A DNA stretch of 64,000 bases from contig CAVYRH010000026.1 of the NCBI GenBank assembly GCA_963770835.1, positions 160,001-224,000 of the forward strand. The letters are read 5' to 3'. The notes under the pieces were generated by a model that worked only from the letters and a program-made list of their open reading frames with translations, did no database searches and had not been told where the DNA came from. Source of the stretch: an uncultured Pseudomonadota bacterium. Lineage in GTDB: Bacteria > Oederibacteriota > Muellerivitia > Muellerivitales > Muellerivitaceae. Positions 17,996-28,332 of this stretch are shown here, in pieces; the first letter of the stretch is position 1; each line of letters starts with the position of its first letter. The position numbers and the translations under genes are program-made.

Positions 17996-20806
17996 CTAAG
18001 GGGTCGGCACCGGGGTTGGAGCTTCGTCCAACTGTTTTAAAAGACCGTTGTCTTCCAAATACTTTTTCCGGGCGGCAATGAAATCATCCACATTGTCCGG
18101 CGTGATGGTCCGCATGACGTCCCGGTTGATCCCCTTGACGTAATCGTCGCTGCTTAAAAGTCGGATGATCTGTTCCGGCGGGACCGTTTCCACTTTCTTG
18201 AAAAGATAAGTCCGGGGGTGGTCGTAAACCGAGAAGGTCTCCTCGGCCCAGTCGTCCGGGTGTTCCCATCCCAGCAGGCCGGGGAAATTATGGAACTCCG
18301 CCACCATTTTGTAGCCCAACAATCCGGACCAAAGCAGGCGGTAATAACGCGAGGTGACGGGATAATCATCGAAGCCGTTGGGCCTGAACTCGGGCGAGGC
18401 GTCTGTAAGTGTGTACCAAAGCTTCTTAGTGGCCAGGCTGATGTAATCGCATTTCTGGAGGATATCGGCGTAGTATTTTTGCTTCCGCTGGTCGGGAATA
18501 TCCTGTTCCTTGGGGGCCCCGAAATTGCGGTTCTCGTAAGGGGTGATTTCCTGGTGGCCGTATTCCGCCGGACTCCTGGGCCGGTCCATCCGTGAATCCT
18601 TGTTTGGATCGACGTTTACGGGCATGCCGTCGTCGAAGACATCCGACCCGATGACCGAACCCTTGGGAACATGCTGGAAAATCCAAACCGAATCGTCGAT
18701 CCAGGGGTGGGGATAAAAGTAAACGTGCATATAGGCGACGGAATAAAAAAGGCTGGCCCCCAGGACCACCGCCAGGACCGCCGGCTTGAGGAAGTTGATC
18801 CCGGAAAACCGGGGCTTCAGCCATTGGAAGAGGTCAGCCAAGAACCTGGCTCCGAAGAGGCAAAAGACGGGAATCAGCGGGGCCATGTAGCGGACGAATT
18901 TCGTGTTCCATGCGCCGATAAAACCGAAATAAGCGATGAACCACAAGAGCAGCAGGAGATCCGGCTGGGAGAAAGCGAAGCCCCGGCCCCGCGAAAAGGG
19001 AAGGGGCAAAAGGTAACCCCGTTTCACGGGGGTGAAGAGCTGGAACAAAAACCGACCCAGCACCCAAGCCGTTCCAGCCAAGACCAGGATTCCCAGCGGC
19101 CACCACAGTTCCACGGTCACTAGGTTTTGAAGCTGGTAAAGGTAGCGGGGCGTGTCCCTAAATTGCAGCGTGTAGGGGGCGTCGGCGATGGAAACCACGC
19201 TCCACTCATAATTCTGCCGCTCCAGGAAACCCCGGTAATCCAAAAGGTTCCAGGGGCTGAAGAGGAAAAAGATAAAGAAGGCCAGTCCGCCCGCGGCCAT
19301 TAGCTTGGTCCATTCGGGCATCTGAGCCCGGAAGACCCGGAATTCCCGGATTCCCCAGGCGAAGAAAACCGACCCCGCCGAACCCAACAACAGGAACAAG
19401 GCCACCCATAGGCCCGTGCCCAGGCCCGGGTTCCTCAAGAAGAGGTCGCGAAAGATGGGCTTGAATTGCCATCCCACCCCCCAAAAACACAAAAGGATCA
19501 CTCCCAAAAGCCCCCCGGCCATCGTGGAATAAAGCCCTTCGTCCTCCCTCAGCTTCCGCCCTTCCTTTTCCCATTCCTTGGGGGACTTCTGGGATAGCCG
19601 GAAAAGATGGGCGATCCCGATAATGAGCACGTAATAGAGGGCGCTGGTTTTCGCCGCCAAGGCGAAACCAAAAGCCGCCCCGGCCGCCAGGTAGTTTTTC
19701 CAGCCACCGTCCTTGATGATTCCCCCGGAAAAATAGGCGACAGCCACCAGCAGGAAGGTGATTACAGACTCGGTGATGGCGTAGTGGGCGTTCTCGATGC
19801 TGCCCACCGCGAAGGCGAAAGCGGCGGCGGCGACGAGAGCCATCCCGACGTCCTTGTAAATCCGCTTCACCAGGAAATAAAGCGCCGGGATGGTGGCCGC
19901 CGAAAAGAAGGCCGACCAGACGCGGCCGATGACCAGCATGTCGCCCTCCCCGTTGTAGGCCCCGCCATGGGGAAGGGAGGCGAAAAGAGTCCAAACCGCG
20001 GCCCCGGCCAGCGCCACCCGGCCCCACCTCGAAACCCAGGCCAGGCCGGCCGCCAGGATGGCGACCAGGAGGAAGAAAAACAGGGCGGAAAAAAGAACCG
20101 GCAGGTGGGAATCCTGCGGGAAGAAAGCGGGGACAATTCCGAAAAGAAATAGGGTTCCGACGGCGATGTAAAGCGGAAGGTCGAACCATTCGACCTCCAA
20201 CAGTCGCGCCAGCAGGGCCGAAATCCCCAGGGAGGTCACCGCCACCACGATAAAACCGGCGACCGGGAGGATGGGAAGGCTGAGGGGTAAATCCCGTCCG
20301 AGGAAATTGAGGTGAAGGTCCGCCCGTTGCCCTTCCAGCGCCCCAAACCAAAGGTTGAAAGCGCTTGAGAACCGGAGGAACAAGGCGATCCCAAACATAA
20401 AATATGACGCCACGAAAGCCGGGAACTTCCATTTTTCACGGGAGAAAAACCAGACCGTTCCAAACCACACGCCGACCAGGAAGAGCCAATAGGTCAGGTT
20501 CGCGGCGGTGGAATGGCCGTTGAAGAGGCCGGCCCAGAAGGTTGGGGGAGAAATTATTTCCCCCGTGGCTTTGGTCAGATAAACGGTCAACTGGCCATAG
20601 GCGAAGAAAGTCGTCTTGTAGCCGTTGGCCTGGTTTATTTCCCCGATCGCGCCCATGATGTTGCGTTCGTCGGGGTGGAACTGTTCCTGGAAGTCCCAGT
20701 CGGGATTTGTGAAACGGAAAAACCCGCCCAGGAGGGTTATCAACAGGAGCCAAAAGAGCGGGTCCTTGAGCCGGTCCGCCAGCGGAATTCGTTTTTTCTT
20801 AGCCAT
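17996..20806 (-). CDS. GT-C (PMT/ArnT, family 39-like) membrane glycosyltransferase
   Basis: HPDER after TM1, FAYG, KFVRYMAPL, ETFSVYDHP; many TM; start could be 20821. Confidence 0.75.
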   Translation of the reverse strand: MAKKKRIPLADRLKDPLFWLLLITLLGGFFRFTNPDWDFQEQFHPDERNIMGAIGEINQANGYKTTFFAYGQLTVYLTKATGEIISPPTFWAGLFNGHSTAANLTYWLFLVGVWFGTVWFFSREKWKFPAFVASYFMFGIALFLRFSSAFNLWFGALEGQRADLHLNFLGRDLPLSLPILPVAGFIVVAVTSLGISALLARLLEVEWFDLPLYIAVGTLFLFGIVPAFFPQDSHLPVLFSALFFFLLVAILAAGLAWVSRWGRVALAGAAVWTLFASLPHGGAYNGEGDMLVIGRVWSAFFSAATIPALYFLVKRIYKDVGMALVAAAAFAFAVGSIENAHYAITESVITFLLVAVAYFSGGIIKDGGWKNYLAAGAAFGFALAAKTSALYYVLIIGIAHLFRLSQKSPKEWEKEGRKLREDEGLYSTMAGGLLGVILLCFWGVGWQFKPIFRDLFLRNPGLGTGLWVALFLLLGSAGSVFFAWGIREFRVFRAQMPEWTKLMAAGGLAFFIFFLFSPWNLLDYRGFLERQNYEWSVVSIADAPYTLQFRDTPRYLYQLQNLVTVELWWPLGILVLAGTAWVLGRFLFQLFTPVKRGYLLPLPFSRGRGFAFSQPDLLLLLWFIAYFGFIGAWNTKFVRYMAPLIPVFCLFGARFLADLFQWLKPRFSGINFLKPAVLAVVLGASLFYSVAYMHVYFYPHPWIDDSVWIFQHVPKGSVIGSDVFDDGMPVNVDPNKDSRMDRPRSPAEYGHQEITPYENRNFGAPKEQDIPDQRKQKYYADILQKCDYISLATKKLWYTLTDASPEFRPNGFDDYPVTSRYYRLLWSGLLGYKMVAEFHNFPGLLGWEHPDDWAEETFSVYDHPRTYLFKKVETVPPEQIIRLLSSDDYVKGINRDVMRTITPDNVDDFIAARKKYLEDNGLLKQLDEAPTPVPTP

Positions 20807-20880
20807 GTTGTTCAGGTCCAATATGTTTTTTAATACAGTTTCTTCCGCGATAGTTTACAAAACGGCTGCGATGAAACCTC

Positions 20881-23298
20881 CTAGGAACTTCCGGAATGTT
20901 TGTGTTTGGAGGCGGAAGCGGGTGGGGAGGCGGCCGGGGGCAAAGGGTAATCGGCCGGGATATCCTGCCGGTTGGTTTCCGTAAAGCCGTACTTCTCCGC
21001 TAGGTCCTTCCTCACCCACAGTCGCATGTTGTAACTGCCCAAATCGGACCAGACCTGCCGGTACAAGAGCCAGTTTTTTAGGTCGCCCCAATCCACCATG
21101 TCGGGCCGGGCGGGGGAGAGGGGGATGAAATTACTGAAGAGCCAGGAGAAGAAGAGGCCGGCGTTGATGCCGGTATCGGGGTAGCCCTTCTTGAACCAGG
21201 AGGGAATCCACCAGATCCTTAGCTTGTACTTGCGGTTCACGTAGCCCGCCTGGCTGAGGACAGGGTAGTCCTGGGCATCGTCCTCGGTGCCGGTCAAGAT
21301 GATGGGATTGTCCGCCGCAGTGATGCTTTGGGGGGCATTCTGTTTGGGGAAATCCCGGAAATACCAGGCATAAGGCCAGGAACATTTGTCCTCGATGGTC
21401 AGGGCCAGGCCGGTGTTCATGGCGCTTTCCGCTGCCGACACCGGGGGAGGCGCCTCTGGGTTGGGGCCACCTGTCTCGCCATAAGAAATCTCCTGCACGA
21501 TGTGCTCCACTTCCTTTTCCTCCGGGCTGGTTTGAACGTAAACCAGGGGTTCCACCGGGTTGGCCTCGTGGTAGAAGCACAGCAGAACGGTCGAATGCAG
21601 GGAGTAGGAAAGCAGGAGGCCGAAAAACAACATGGCCGCGATGCGGGCGGACTTTCCCCATTGGCTTACCGGGTGGGATTCCAAGATCTCGCCCATGAAA
21701 AAGGCGGACAACAGGAGCGCAGGCAGGAGAGGATGGAGGATCAGCCAGGGCATTTTCTCCCCTGCCCAGGAAAAAAGGGCCAGGGACCCCACATACCAAT
21801 AGGCCAGGAAGAGGGGAAGATTCTTACGTTTGAAGAGGCCGTAATAAGCCATGGCCGCCAGGGAGAAAAGGAAGGACAGCATCTCATTGGCCGGCAATTG
21901 GAGCAGATAGTAATACCAAGGCTCGCCACCGCGGGCTTCCTTGTGCTGGCCCCACCAGTACTGCAAGCCGCCGAAGGCGCCCATGTAAAGGGCGTGGAAG
22001 AGGCCGTAGAGGCGTGAGGCGAAATCGGGCTGGTCGGAGCCCACGGTGAAGAAGGTCGTAAAGAGCAGGGTGAAGACGATGCTACAGACGGCCAGGCTTC
22101 CGGTGAGGGCGGGCGCGGTGTTTTGGAGCCACAACCAAAAAAAGCGGAAGAGGATCCCCAGGTAGGCCGCCACCATGAGAAAGGAAACAAAGCCGGGAAG
22201 GTTGATCCCCAGGTAGGGGAAGATACCGGCAAATAACAAAGTGAGCGCCCACCAGCCGACAAAGGCGGACAGATCCCAACCGATTTTTTCAAAGCCTAGG
22301 TTGAGGATCACGTCCCAGAGGGGGCTTTCGGCCCGGCCCTTTTTCCGGTTCGCCTGCCAGCGGGTGAAGAGCTGGAAAAGAGTGTAAAGAAAGGCCGAAC
22401 CCAGGAGCAAAAGGAAGACCGGCATTTGGGCCGGGTTGTTTTCCCCCATGATCATCCGAGCCAACACCCCGAGTCCGGTGAGCCCTGCCGCGATAAAGAC
22501 GTCCGCCCATGGCAGGAGACGGATGAAGAAATACGTGCCGATGACCGCCACGGTCAGGAAAATGCCCTCAAAGGTGCAAAAGGCGATGGTGAAACCCAGG
22601 GAGGCCAGCCAGAGGTCGGGAAGCCTCCGGAAGCGGTAAAAGCGAAATAGGAATACCACCATAAGGAAGATGCCCCCGGCGTAATAGGCGTCCTCCCGGC
22701 AAAAGCGGTCGAAATACATGAAACTGGGGGAAGCGACGATCATCGCCGTGGCCAGGAAGGCGCCCCACCGCCCCAGGAAAGGCACCAAGAGCATGGCGAG
22801 GATTACCGTCAATAGGCCGAAGGTGGCCGCCAGGTACCGGGAGGTGGCGTCGGAAACCCCGAAAAGATAGAACATGAAGGCGTTGCCGTGGAACTGGAAG
22901 GGCCCGTGCATCATGGGGTCGTATTTATAGGTTCCATCATGGAAGAGCCTGTAGGAATAGAGGGAGTGCATGCTTTCGTCGTGGTGGTGGGGCTTATCCC
23001 CCAAATGGTCGAAGCGGGTGTAAACCGTGATGAGGAGCAGGATGGCGTAGGCGATATGCATCCAGGAAATGGAAAAGGACGACCGGGAGGGGGAGGAGGC
23101 GCTGGAAGCAGGCTCTTCCCCCACTCCCTTCAAGACGGGCGCGGCCGCGGCCTTCACTGGTAGGACCGGGGCGGCCGCCTTTCCCGCGGCCTTGTCCGGT
23201 TGGCCTGTGGCCGGCAGCTTGGACCCGCATTGTTCGCAAAAACTATTCGTGACCGGGTTTTTCAGCCCGCACTTCCCGCATAACTTGGTATCCGCCAT
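20881..23298 (-). CDS. TIGR03663/Agl23-like GT-C membrane protein with N-terminal zinc ribbon
   Basis: CxxC..CxxC N-terminus; HHDES, YKYDPMMHGP, RFCRED, EKMPW, LVYVQT motifs. Confidence 0.75.
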   Translation of the reverse strand: MADTKLCGKCGLKNPVTNSFCEQCGSKLPATGQPDKAAGKAAAPVLPVKAAAAPVLKGVGEEPASSASSPSRSSFSISWMHIAYAILLLITVYTRFDHLGDKPHHHDESMHSLYSYRLFHDGTYKYDPMMHGPFQFHGNAFMFYLFGVSDATSRYLAATFGLLTVILAMLLVPFLGRWGAFLATAMIVASPSFMYFDRFCREDAYYAGGIFLMVVFLFRFYRFRRLPDLWLASLGFTIAFCTFEGIFLTVAVIGTYFFIRLLPWADVFIAAGLTGLGVLARMIMGENNPAQMPVFLLLLGSAFLYTLFQLFTRWQANRKKGRAESPLWDVILNLGFEKIGWDLSAFVGWWALTLLFAGIFPYLGINLPGFVSFLMVAAYLGILFRFFWLWLQNTAPALTGSLAVCSIVFTLLFTTFFTVGSDQPDFASRLYGLFHALYMGAFGGLQYWWGQHKEARGGEPWYYYLLQLPANEMLSFLFSLAAMAYYGLFKRKNLPLFLAYWYVGSLALFSWAGEKMPWLILHPLLPALLLSAFFMGEILESHPVSQWGKSARIAAMLFFGLLLSYSLHSTVLLCFYHEANPVEPLVYVQTSPEEKEVEHIVQEISYGETGGPNPEAPPPVSAAESAMNTGLALTIEDKCSWPYAWYFRDFPKQNAPQSITAADNPIILTGTEDDAQDYPVLSQAGYVNRKYKLRIWWIPSWFKKGYPDTGINAGLFFSWLFSNFIPLSPARPDMVDWGDLKNWLLYRQVWSDLGSYNMRLWVRKDLAEKYGFTETNRQDIPADYPLPPAASPPASASKHKHSGSS

Positions 23299-23517
23299 TG
23301 GAAGCTCCTCCGAATAATTGGGTTTCAGCTGATAGCCACCACGCCTTTATCGCCCAACTATAACCAACTGGAGCAAAGAAGAAGAATCTACTGGAACCGG
23401 ATCGACGGAATCCCTTACCCGTTGGGAGGAATCGGGCCTCGGAATCCCAGGCTCGCCACGCCTCCTAGGAAGTTCAGGAACTGGTCGAATGCCCTTGGGG
23501 TTTTCATAAAGTTTTTC

Positions 23518-26514
23518 TCACCGCAGGATAAGAAGCTTCAGGATAGACCGTTTCCCATCCGCTTCCTCCACCACGTAATAAAGCCCGTTGGCCAGGGGTG
23601 TGCCATTCCCGTCCTTGGCCGGCAGGGTCAGCACTTGGCCTGGGGCCACCTGGCCGTAGGTCCAATCCAGCACTTTTCGGAAAGAAGTGGTGAAAACCTG
23701 CACCCGCACATCGGCGGTGGAAGGTACAAAGGGTTGGATGGTATAGAACCCGCTGAAGACCGGGTTGGGATAGAGGAAGGGCGTACCCTGGGGAACGGGG
23801 ATGGGCGAGGGGGTGAAGGTGGGCGTCGCGGTGAGAGTCGGGGTCGGCGAAGCCGTGCAGGGAGTCCCGTTCACCATGCAGGGTGTACTGGTGGGGGTGG
23901 GTGTAGGCGTCAGGGTTAGAGTGGGTGTTGCGGTGGGGCTTCCGGGGGCGCAGTAAAAGGCGATCTGGTCCGCCAAGAAGGCGAAGGTAGCGGGCGTCCC
24001 CTGGGTGACGAAGACGATTTCCGTCAGGTCGTTGGCCGGGGGCGTGGGCGGCAGGCCCGTCTGGGTTCCCCAGACCTGGCGGGTCATGGAGGAAAAAGGA
24101 ATGGGGTAAAAATGCCATTGGCCGTCGGCTGGGGTATTGATATCCACCCCGTAATAGTCGTAGTCGGTCACGGCTTGGCTGGCCGCCTCCACCCGGTAAG
24201 CGTTGCCGTCCCCCTTCATCCAAAGCTGGAGTCCCTGGATGCCATAGGAAGCCGCGTTGAAAGGCGCGTAAGAGGCATAAAGCGGACAGTACCATTCGGC
24301 ATAACCGGTTCCCGTAACGCTTCCGGTCACACCCGCCGAGTAAAGGGTTCCATTGGCGCCGGGGGCGTTGTAAGTGACCCCGATGGTGGCGGAGGAGACC
24401 AGCGTGGCCCAGTGGCCGCCCCAGAGGTTGGTGCGGGCGGGCGGGGTTCCGTTCAGGGCCTGGTTCTCGAAGTCGTCGATCATCGTCACGGGGCAGTAGG
24501 AACTGGGAATAAAGGTGTTGGTGGGGGTCGGCGGCACCGTGGGGGTTCCGGTGGGCGTCGGCGTGGGGGTCAAGGGAGGGGTGATGGTGCCGGAAGGGGT
24601 GGAGGTGGGTGTTGCCACCACGAAGGTGGAACCCGCGAAGAGGGAACTTAAAACCATGTAGGCCGCCACATCGTAGATACCGTCCTCGTTCACGACCCAG
24701 GGCTGGTTGCCGTTGTTGTAGTCCCGGTAAGCCTTGGTATAGGGGGCCTCGGCCCCACCGGTCGCGTCGGGCGGCACGTCGGTGCCTCCCAACTGCTGGT
24801 ACTGGTAAGTCGGTCCGTCGGGCACGTAGCCCGGCGGCGGGCCGTAGGTGGAGGTTTGGTTGTCGGCGGCCACGTAAGGGTAAAGGGGGTCCACCACGCC
24901 GGCGGGTTTTCCGATGAAATTGGAAAGGGAATAAGAGGAGCTGTACTGGCCAAACCAGGTGTTGTAAATGTGCCAGGAGCAGTGCTTGGCGCCCATGGAT
25001 TCGGTGTTGGTCATATAGACCATGTTCAGGGGGTTGGCACCGTGGAAGTAATGCAGGAAGTCCTCGGCGTGGGAGAAACATTGGGAGGTGGTATAGGAGC
25101 CGGTGATGCCCAGCTTGCCCGCCAGGAAAAGCTCCAGGCCGTCCGCGCCCTTGATCTGGTTGGAACCCCAGGGGTACATCCAATAAGCCATGCCCGAATG
25201 GTAGAGGTCGTCCTGGCTGAAGGTGGTGTTCACGAAATTGCCCATGGCCGTGGCCATGGCGGTGGTGACGGAGGCGGTGGCCCCGGGGGTCTGGAGGTAA
25301 TTGAAAATCGCCCAATCGGCGTAGGGCCCCGCCGGGTTCATTGAAAAGGAAGCCCAACTGGTGAAGTTGTCCACCACGCTTTGGGCCGCGCTTTGGGTGG
25401 GGTCCATGCGGAAGATTTCCGAGGCGGCCCAGACTTTGAGGTTGCCGTAGGGCAGGTAGGAAATTGTATTGGGATCGGTGTTGGGTGAATTGACCACCCA
25501 GTCGTTCCAGGTTTCCAAGGCCGCGGCCTTGAGCGTGGCCGCGTAGGAGGCCCCACCCGGAACGGAGGCGAAAATGCGCGCCGCATGGGCCACGTCGGCG
25601 GTGAAGACCGCCTCGCTCTCGAAGCAGGGAGGCATGTAGCCGCGCGGCGTGGTGTCACTGGAGGGCGGGGAGGCAAGGGTGCCCAGGTTGGTCACATGCA
25701 CCCCCTCCAACACGTGGCCGTCGGTCCTCAGCATTTTCAAGTACCAGTCCAGCTCCCACTTGGCCTGGTTGAGGATGTCGGGAAAACCGTCGCCGGATTC
25801 GGGCAAGCCTATCTGGTTGGGCGGGAAGAGGCCGGGGTTCATCTCATAGGCCGTCAGCAGGTAGAAGACGGTGTCGCCGTTGTCGCCGGTCTCGGTCACG
25901 CCGCAGCTGGTGCCGGGGCCGATCTTTTTCTCGAAATCCCCCGCGTCGTGCCAGCCGCCCGAAAGGTCCAGGGTTCCGTAATTGGCGTTGAGGGCCGGGT
26001 AGGAAATGGAAGTGGAGCAGAAAGCCGTGCAGGCCGCGTCGGAGGCGTGGCAGGCCGAGTCGGTCCAGACACCGGCGTAAGCCGCAGTCTTGGGCGCGCC
26101 GCAGCGGGCGTAATAGAGGCCCCGCAAAGCCGCGGTCACGGGCGCCTGGTAGCGGGTGTCGGAGATTTGGAAGTTATAGGACTGCTCGGTGAGCGCGGCA
26201 GAATAAACGTAGTAGGTCCCGGGCGCGGTAAGGGCGGAGAAATCCACCCACCAGACATGGTCGCCGGACATGAGCGGCGAGGAAGTATCGGTACCCTTGT
26301 CGGTAATGGAAGCGGTGGTCGTGACCAGGACAGAGGTGGCGGCGTCGTGCACCTCCACCGAGGTTCCCGGGTTGGCGGTGAAATAGGCGATCTTGGTGTC
26401 GCCGGTTCGGTAGCCGAAATGGTCCAGCTTGATGTCGCCCAGGATGGGGGCGGCATCGAGCCCGCCCGGAACCAGGCCCAAGAGGAAAATCCAAAAAAGA
26501 AGTTTTTTTTCCAC
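23518..26514 (-). CDS. Secreted modular glycoside hydrolase family 9 (Ig-like, GH9, PT linker, CIA30/CBM11-like, PT linker, YPNP C-terminal domain)
   Basis: GGWHDAGD, AKWELDW, NEDGIY catalytic motifs; GTG start 26514 with AGGAGG SD; TPTP linkers; LYPNP...LANGLYYV tail. Confidence 0.85.
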   Translation of the reverse strand: MEKKLLFWIFLLGLVPGGLDAAPILGDIKLDHFGYRTGDTKIAYFTANPGTSVEVHDAATSVLVTTTASITDKGTDTSSPLMSGDHVWWVDFSALTAPGTYYVYSAALTEQSYNFQISDTRYQAPVTAALRGLYYARCGAPKTAAYAGVWTDSACHASDAACTAFCSTSISYPALNANYGTLDLSGGWHDAGDFEKKIGPGTSCGVTETGDNGDTVFYLLTAYEMNPGLFPPNQIGLPESGDGFPDILNQAKWELDWYLKMLRTDGHVLEGVHVTNLGTLASPPSSDTTPRGYMPPCFESEAVFTADVAHAARIFASVPGGASYAATLKAAALETWNDWVVNSPNTDPNTISYLPYGNLKVWAASEIFRMDPTQSAAQSVVDNFTSWASFSMNPAGPYADWAIFNYLQTPGATASVTTAMATAMGNFVNTTFSQDDLYHSGMAYWMYPWGSNQIKGADGLELFLAGKLGITGSYTTSQCFSHAEDFLHYFHGANPLNMVYMTNTESMGAKHCSWHIYNTWFGQYSSSYSLSNFIGKPAGVVDPLYPYVAADNQTSTYGPPPGYVPDGPTYQYQQLGGTDVPPDATGGAEAPYTKAYRDYNNGNQPWVVNEDGIYDVAAYMVLSSLFAGSTFVVATPTSTPSGTITPPLTPTPTPTGTPTVPPTPTNTFIPSSYCPVTMIDDFENQALNGTPPARTNLWGGHWATLVSSATIGVTYNAPGANGTLYSAGVTGSVTGTGYAEWYCPLYASYAPFNAASYGIQGLQLWMKGDGNAYRVEAASQAVTDYDYYGVDINTPADGQWHFYPIPFSSMTRQVWGTQTGLPPTPPANDLTEIVFVTQGTPATFAFLADQIAFYCAPGSPTATPTLTLTPTPTPTSTPCMVNGTPCTASPTPTLTATPTFTPSPIPVPQGTPFLYPNPVFSGFYTIQPFVPSTADVRVQVFTTSFRKVLDWTYGQVAPGQVLTLPAKDGNGTPLANGLYYVVEEADGKRSILKLLILR

Positions 26515-26575
26515 AGGGACCTCCTGGCGTTTCGGACCTTCAAACGCCCTTGAAGTATGGAACCCAGCCCTTAAA

Positions 26576-27640
26576 ATGACCATATCCATGGTTATTCAAG
26601 ACATATCGCATTTTAAGCACAAGGCCTGGGCTCATCCGCCTCCCATCACGGTCTTCACGGCCGGGACCAAAGTGGATCCGCCGGGCGCCACCTTCGGGCC
26701 CCGGCTGCAACCCAGCCTTGAGTTCGTATGGGTGCGGTCCGGGTCGGTCCGCGCCCGGATCGATCAAAGGGCCGTCGATGGAGGGCCCGGCACGATCCTC
26801 CTGGTCCAGCCTGGAGTCCGGGACCATTATGACTGGTCCAAAAGCGGGCGGAGCGTCCATTCGTTCCTCCATTTCTTTTTCGGTCCGGTTCCGAAAACCT
26901 GGCCTCCGGAAGGCGGCCCCATCCCCTTGAGGACCCTTCCCAAGGACTGGCCGCCGCCCGCCCGGTGGCCCTTGGCCCGGGCCTTTTTCCACGGCCACAC
27001 GATGTTCCAGCTCTTCCGGCAGGTCTTGTCGTTTTTCCCGCTGACGGAGGGAAGGTTCAAACCGCTTTTGGGTCCCACCGTCGAACTGATGTTGCGGCTT
27101 TACCTTTGCGGGCCCGCGGACCCGCCCCGGGAAGCGAGTTTCGACCCGGGCCTGCCGCCACCCCTGGAAAAGGTCCTTACCTGGCTAGTCGAACGTTTAA
27201 GAAGGAACCCCCAGGCGAAGGTGCGGCTTTCCGAGATGGCGGAAGCGGCATTCGTCACGCCGCCCTATCTTTGCCGCTTGTTCGCGAAAGAATTGAAGAT
27301 CAAACCCATGGAATGCGTGAAACTCCTGAAGGCGGAATACGCCAGCGAGTTGTTGGAGAGAACCCAAATGACTCTCAAGGAAATCTCAGGCCACGTCGGC
27401 TTCGAAAACCCTTTCCACTTCTCCAGGGTTTACAAGGAGATTTACGGCTTGTCACCCAAGGCCTACCGGGAAGGGTTCCGTAAGGGCACACACCTGCGTC
27501 CTTATTCGCCTATCTTCCGGAAATACCAACTGACCCAGATCCTCTCCATTGCGACCTTCAAGCAACAACTTCCCTCGTTCCGGGTCATGCCTAAAAAATA
27601 CAGGACTAAAATCCTAGGAAAAACCGGGGTTTGGGAATGA
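26576..27640 (+). CDS. AraC family transcriptional regulator (divergent from GH9)
   Basis: cupin-like N-terminus; YLCRLF...GFENPFHFSRVYKEIYGLSP HTH; start 26576 or 26588. Confidence 0.9.
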   Translation: MTISMVIQDISHFKHKAWAHPPPITVFTAGTKVDPPGATFGPRLQPSLEFVWVRSGSVRARIDQRAVDGGPGTILLVQPGVRDHYDWSKSGRSVHSFLHFFFGPVPKTWPPEGGPIPLRTLPKDWPPPARWPLARAFFHGHTMFQLFRQVLSFFPLTEGRFKPLLGPTVELMLRLYLCGPADPPREASFDPGLPPPLEKVLTWLVERLRRNPQAKVRLSEMAEAAFVTPPYLCRLFAKELKIKPMECVKLLKAEYASELLERTQMTLKEISGHVGFENPFHFSRVYKEIYGLSPKAYREGFRKGTHLRPYSPIFRKYQLTQILSIATFKQQLPSFRVMPKKYRTKILGKTGVWE

Positions 27641-27681
27641 ATAGAAATTGTTTCCTTAAACTTTGAAATTAAGGAGGGTGC

Positions 27682-28209
27682 ATGCCCAACATCGAAATCA
27701 AGGCTCTCTACCCCGACCTGGACAAGGCCCGCGCCATCGCCCGGGTCCTCAAGGCCCGTTATATGGGGCGGGACCGCCAGGTGGACACCTATTTCCGTAC
27801 ACCCGCGGGCAGGTTGAAGCTCCGGGAATCGGCCTTGAAAGGGGCGCAATTGATCCCCTGCGTGAGGCCCAACCGGAAGGGGCCGAAACAAAGCGATTAC
27901 CTGGTGATCCCGGTGGAGAAGGGTTCCGAAGCCAAGAGGCTTTTCGAAGCCCTTTTTGGAATCGACGCCGTCGTGGACAAGCAAAGGGACCTTTTCCTTT
28001 CCGGGAACGTGCGGATCCACCTGGACCGGGTGAAGGGCCTGGGGGACTTCCTGGAGTTCGAGGCGGTCTACAAGACCGATTCGGCTAAAAACCGCGCCGT
28101 GGAAAAAGGAAAGGTCGAAAAGCTTCTGCGGATATTTGAAGTACCTTCGAAATCGCTGTTGAGGGACTCCTACCGGGAATTAGTCCTCAAAAGAAAATTT
28201 CGAAAGTAA
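27682..28209 (+). CDS. CYTH domain protein (class IV adenylate cyclase-like)
   Basis: NIEIKA, QVDTYF, RLKLRE, HLDRVKGLGDFLEFE. Confidence 0.9.
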   Translation: MPNIEIKALYPDLDKARAIARVLKARYMGRDRQVDTYFRTPAGRLKLRESALKGAQLIPCVRPNRKGPKQSDYLVIPVEKGSEAKRLFEALFGIDAVVDKQRDLFLSGNVRIHLDRVKGLGDFLEFEAVYKTDSAKNRAVEKGKVEKLLRIFEVPSKSLLRDSYRELVLKRKFRK

Positions 28210-28332
28210 ATTCTCCGGCGGTCACGGGATAAAACTGGAAAACTTTCCGGTTTTTGATATAGTTTTGCCTTCACACCTTTACCCCGCCAACCCGCCGCAC
28301 CTATCGACGCCTTCTCAACCCAAGGAGTTTTC

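Noticed and set aside
20877..23480. Similar CCTCCTAGGAAnTTCnGGAA strings on either side of the TIGR03663-like gene
   Set aside because: Short and imperfect, and one copy is coding sequence; cannot be distinguished from chance
23504..25357. Long alternative-frame and antisense ORFs (617 aa here; also 35113-36876, 31737-33017, 61262-62830, 19206-20432)
   Set aside because: Arg/Pro/Gly-rich shadow frames overlapping well-supported genes, as expected from high GC3
28210..28332. Glycine riboswitch upstream of gcvH
   Set aside because: No GGAGA..CCGAAG..CTCAGG aptamer motifs recognisable
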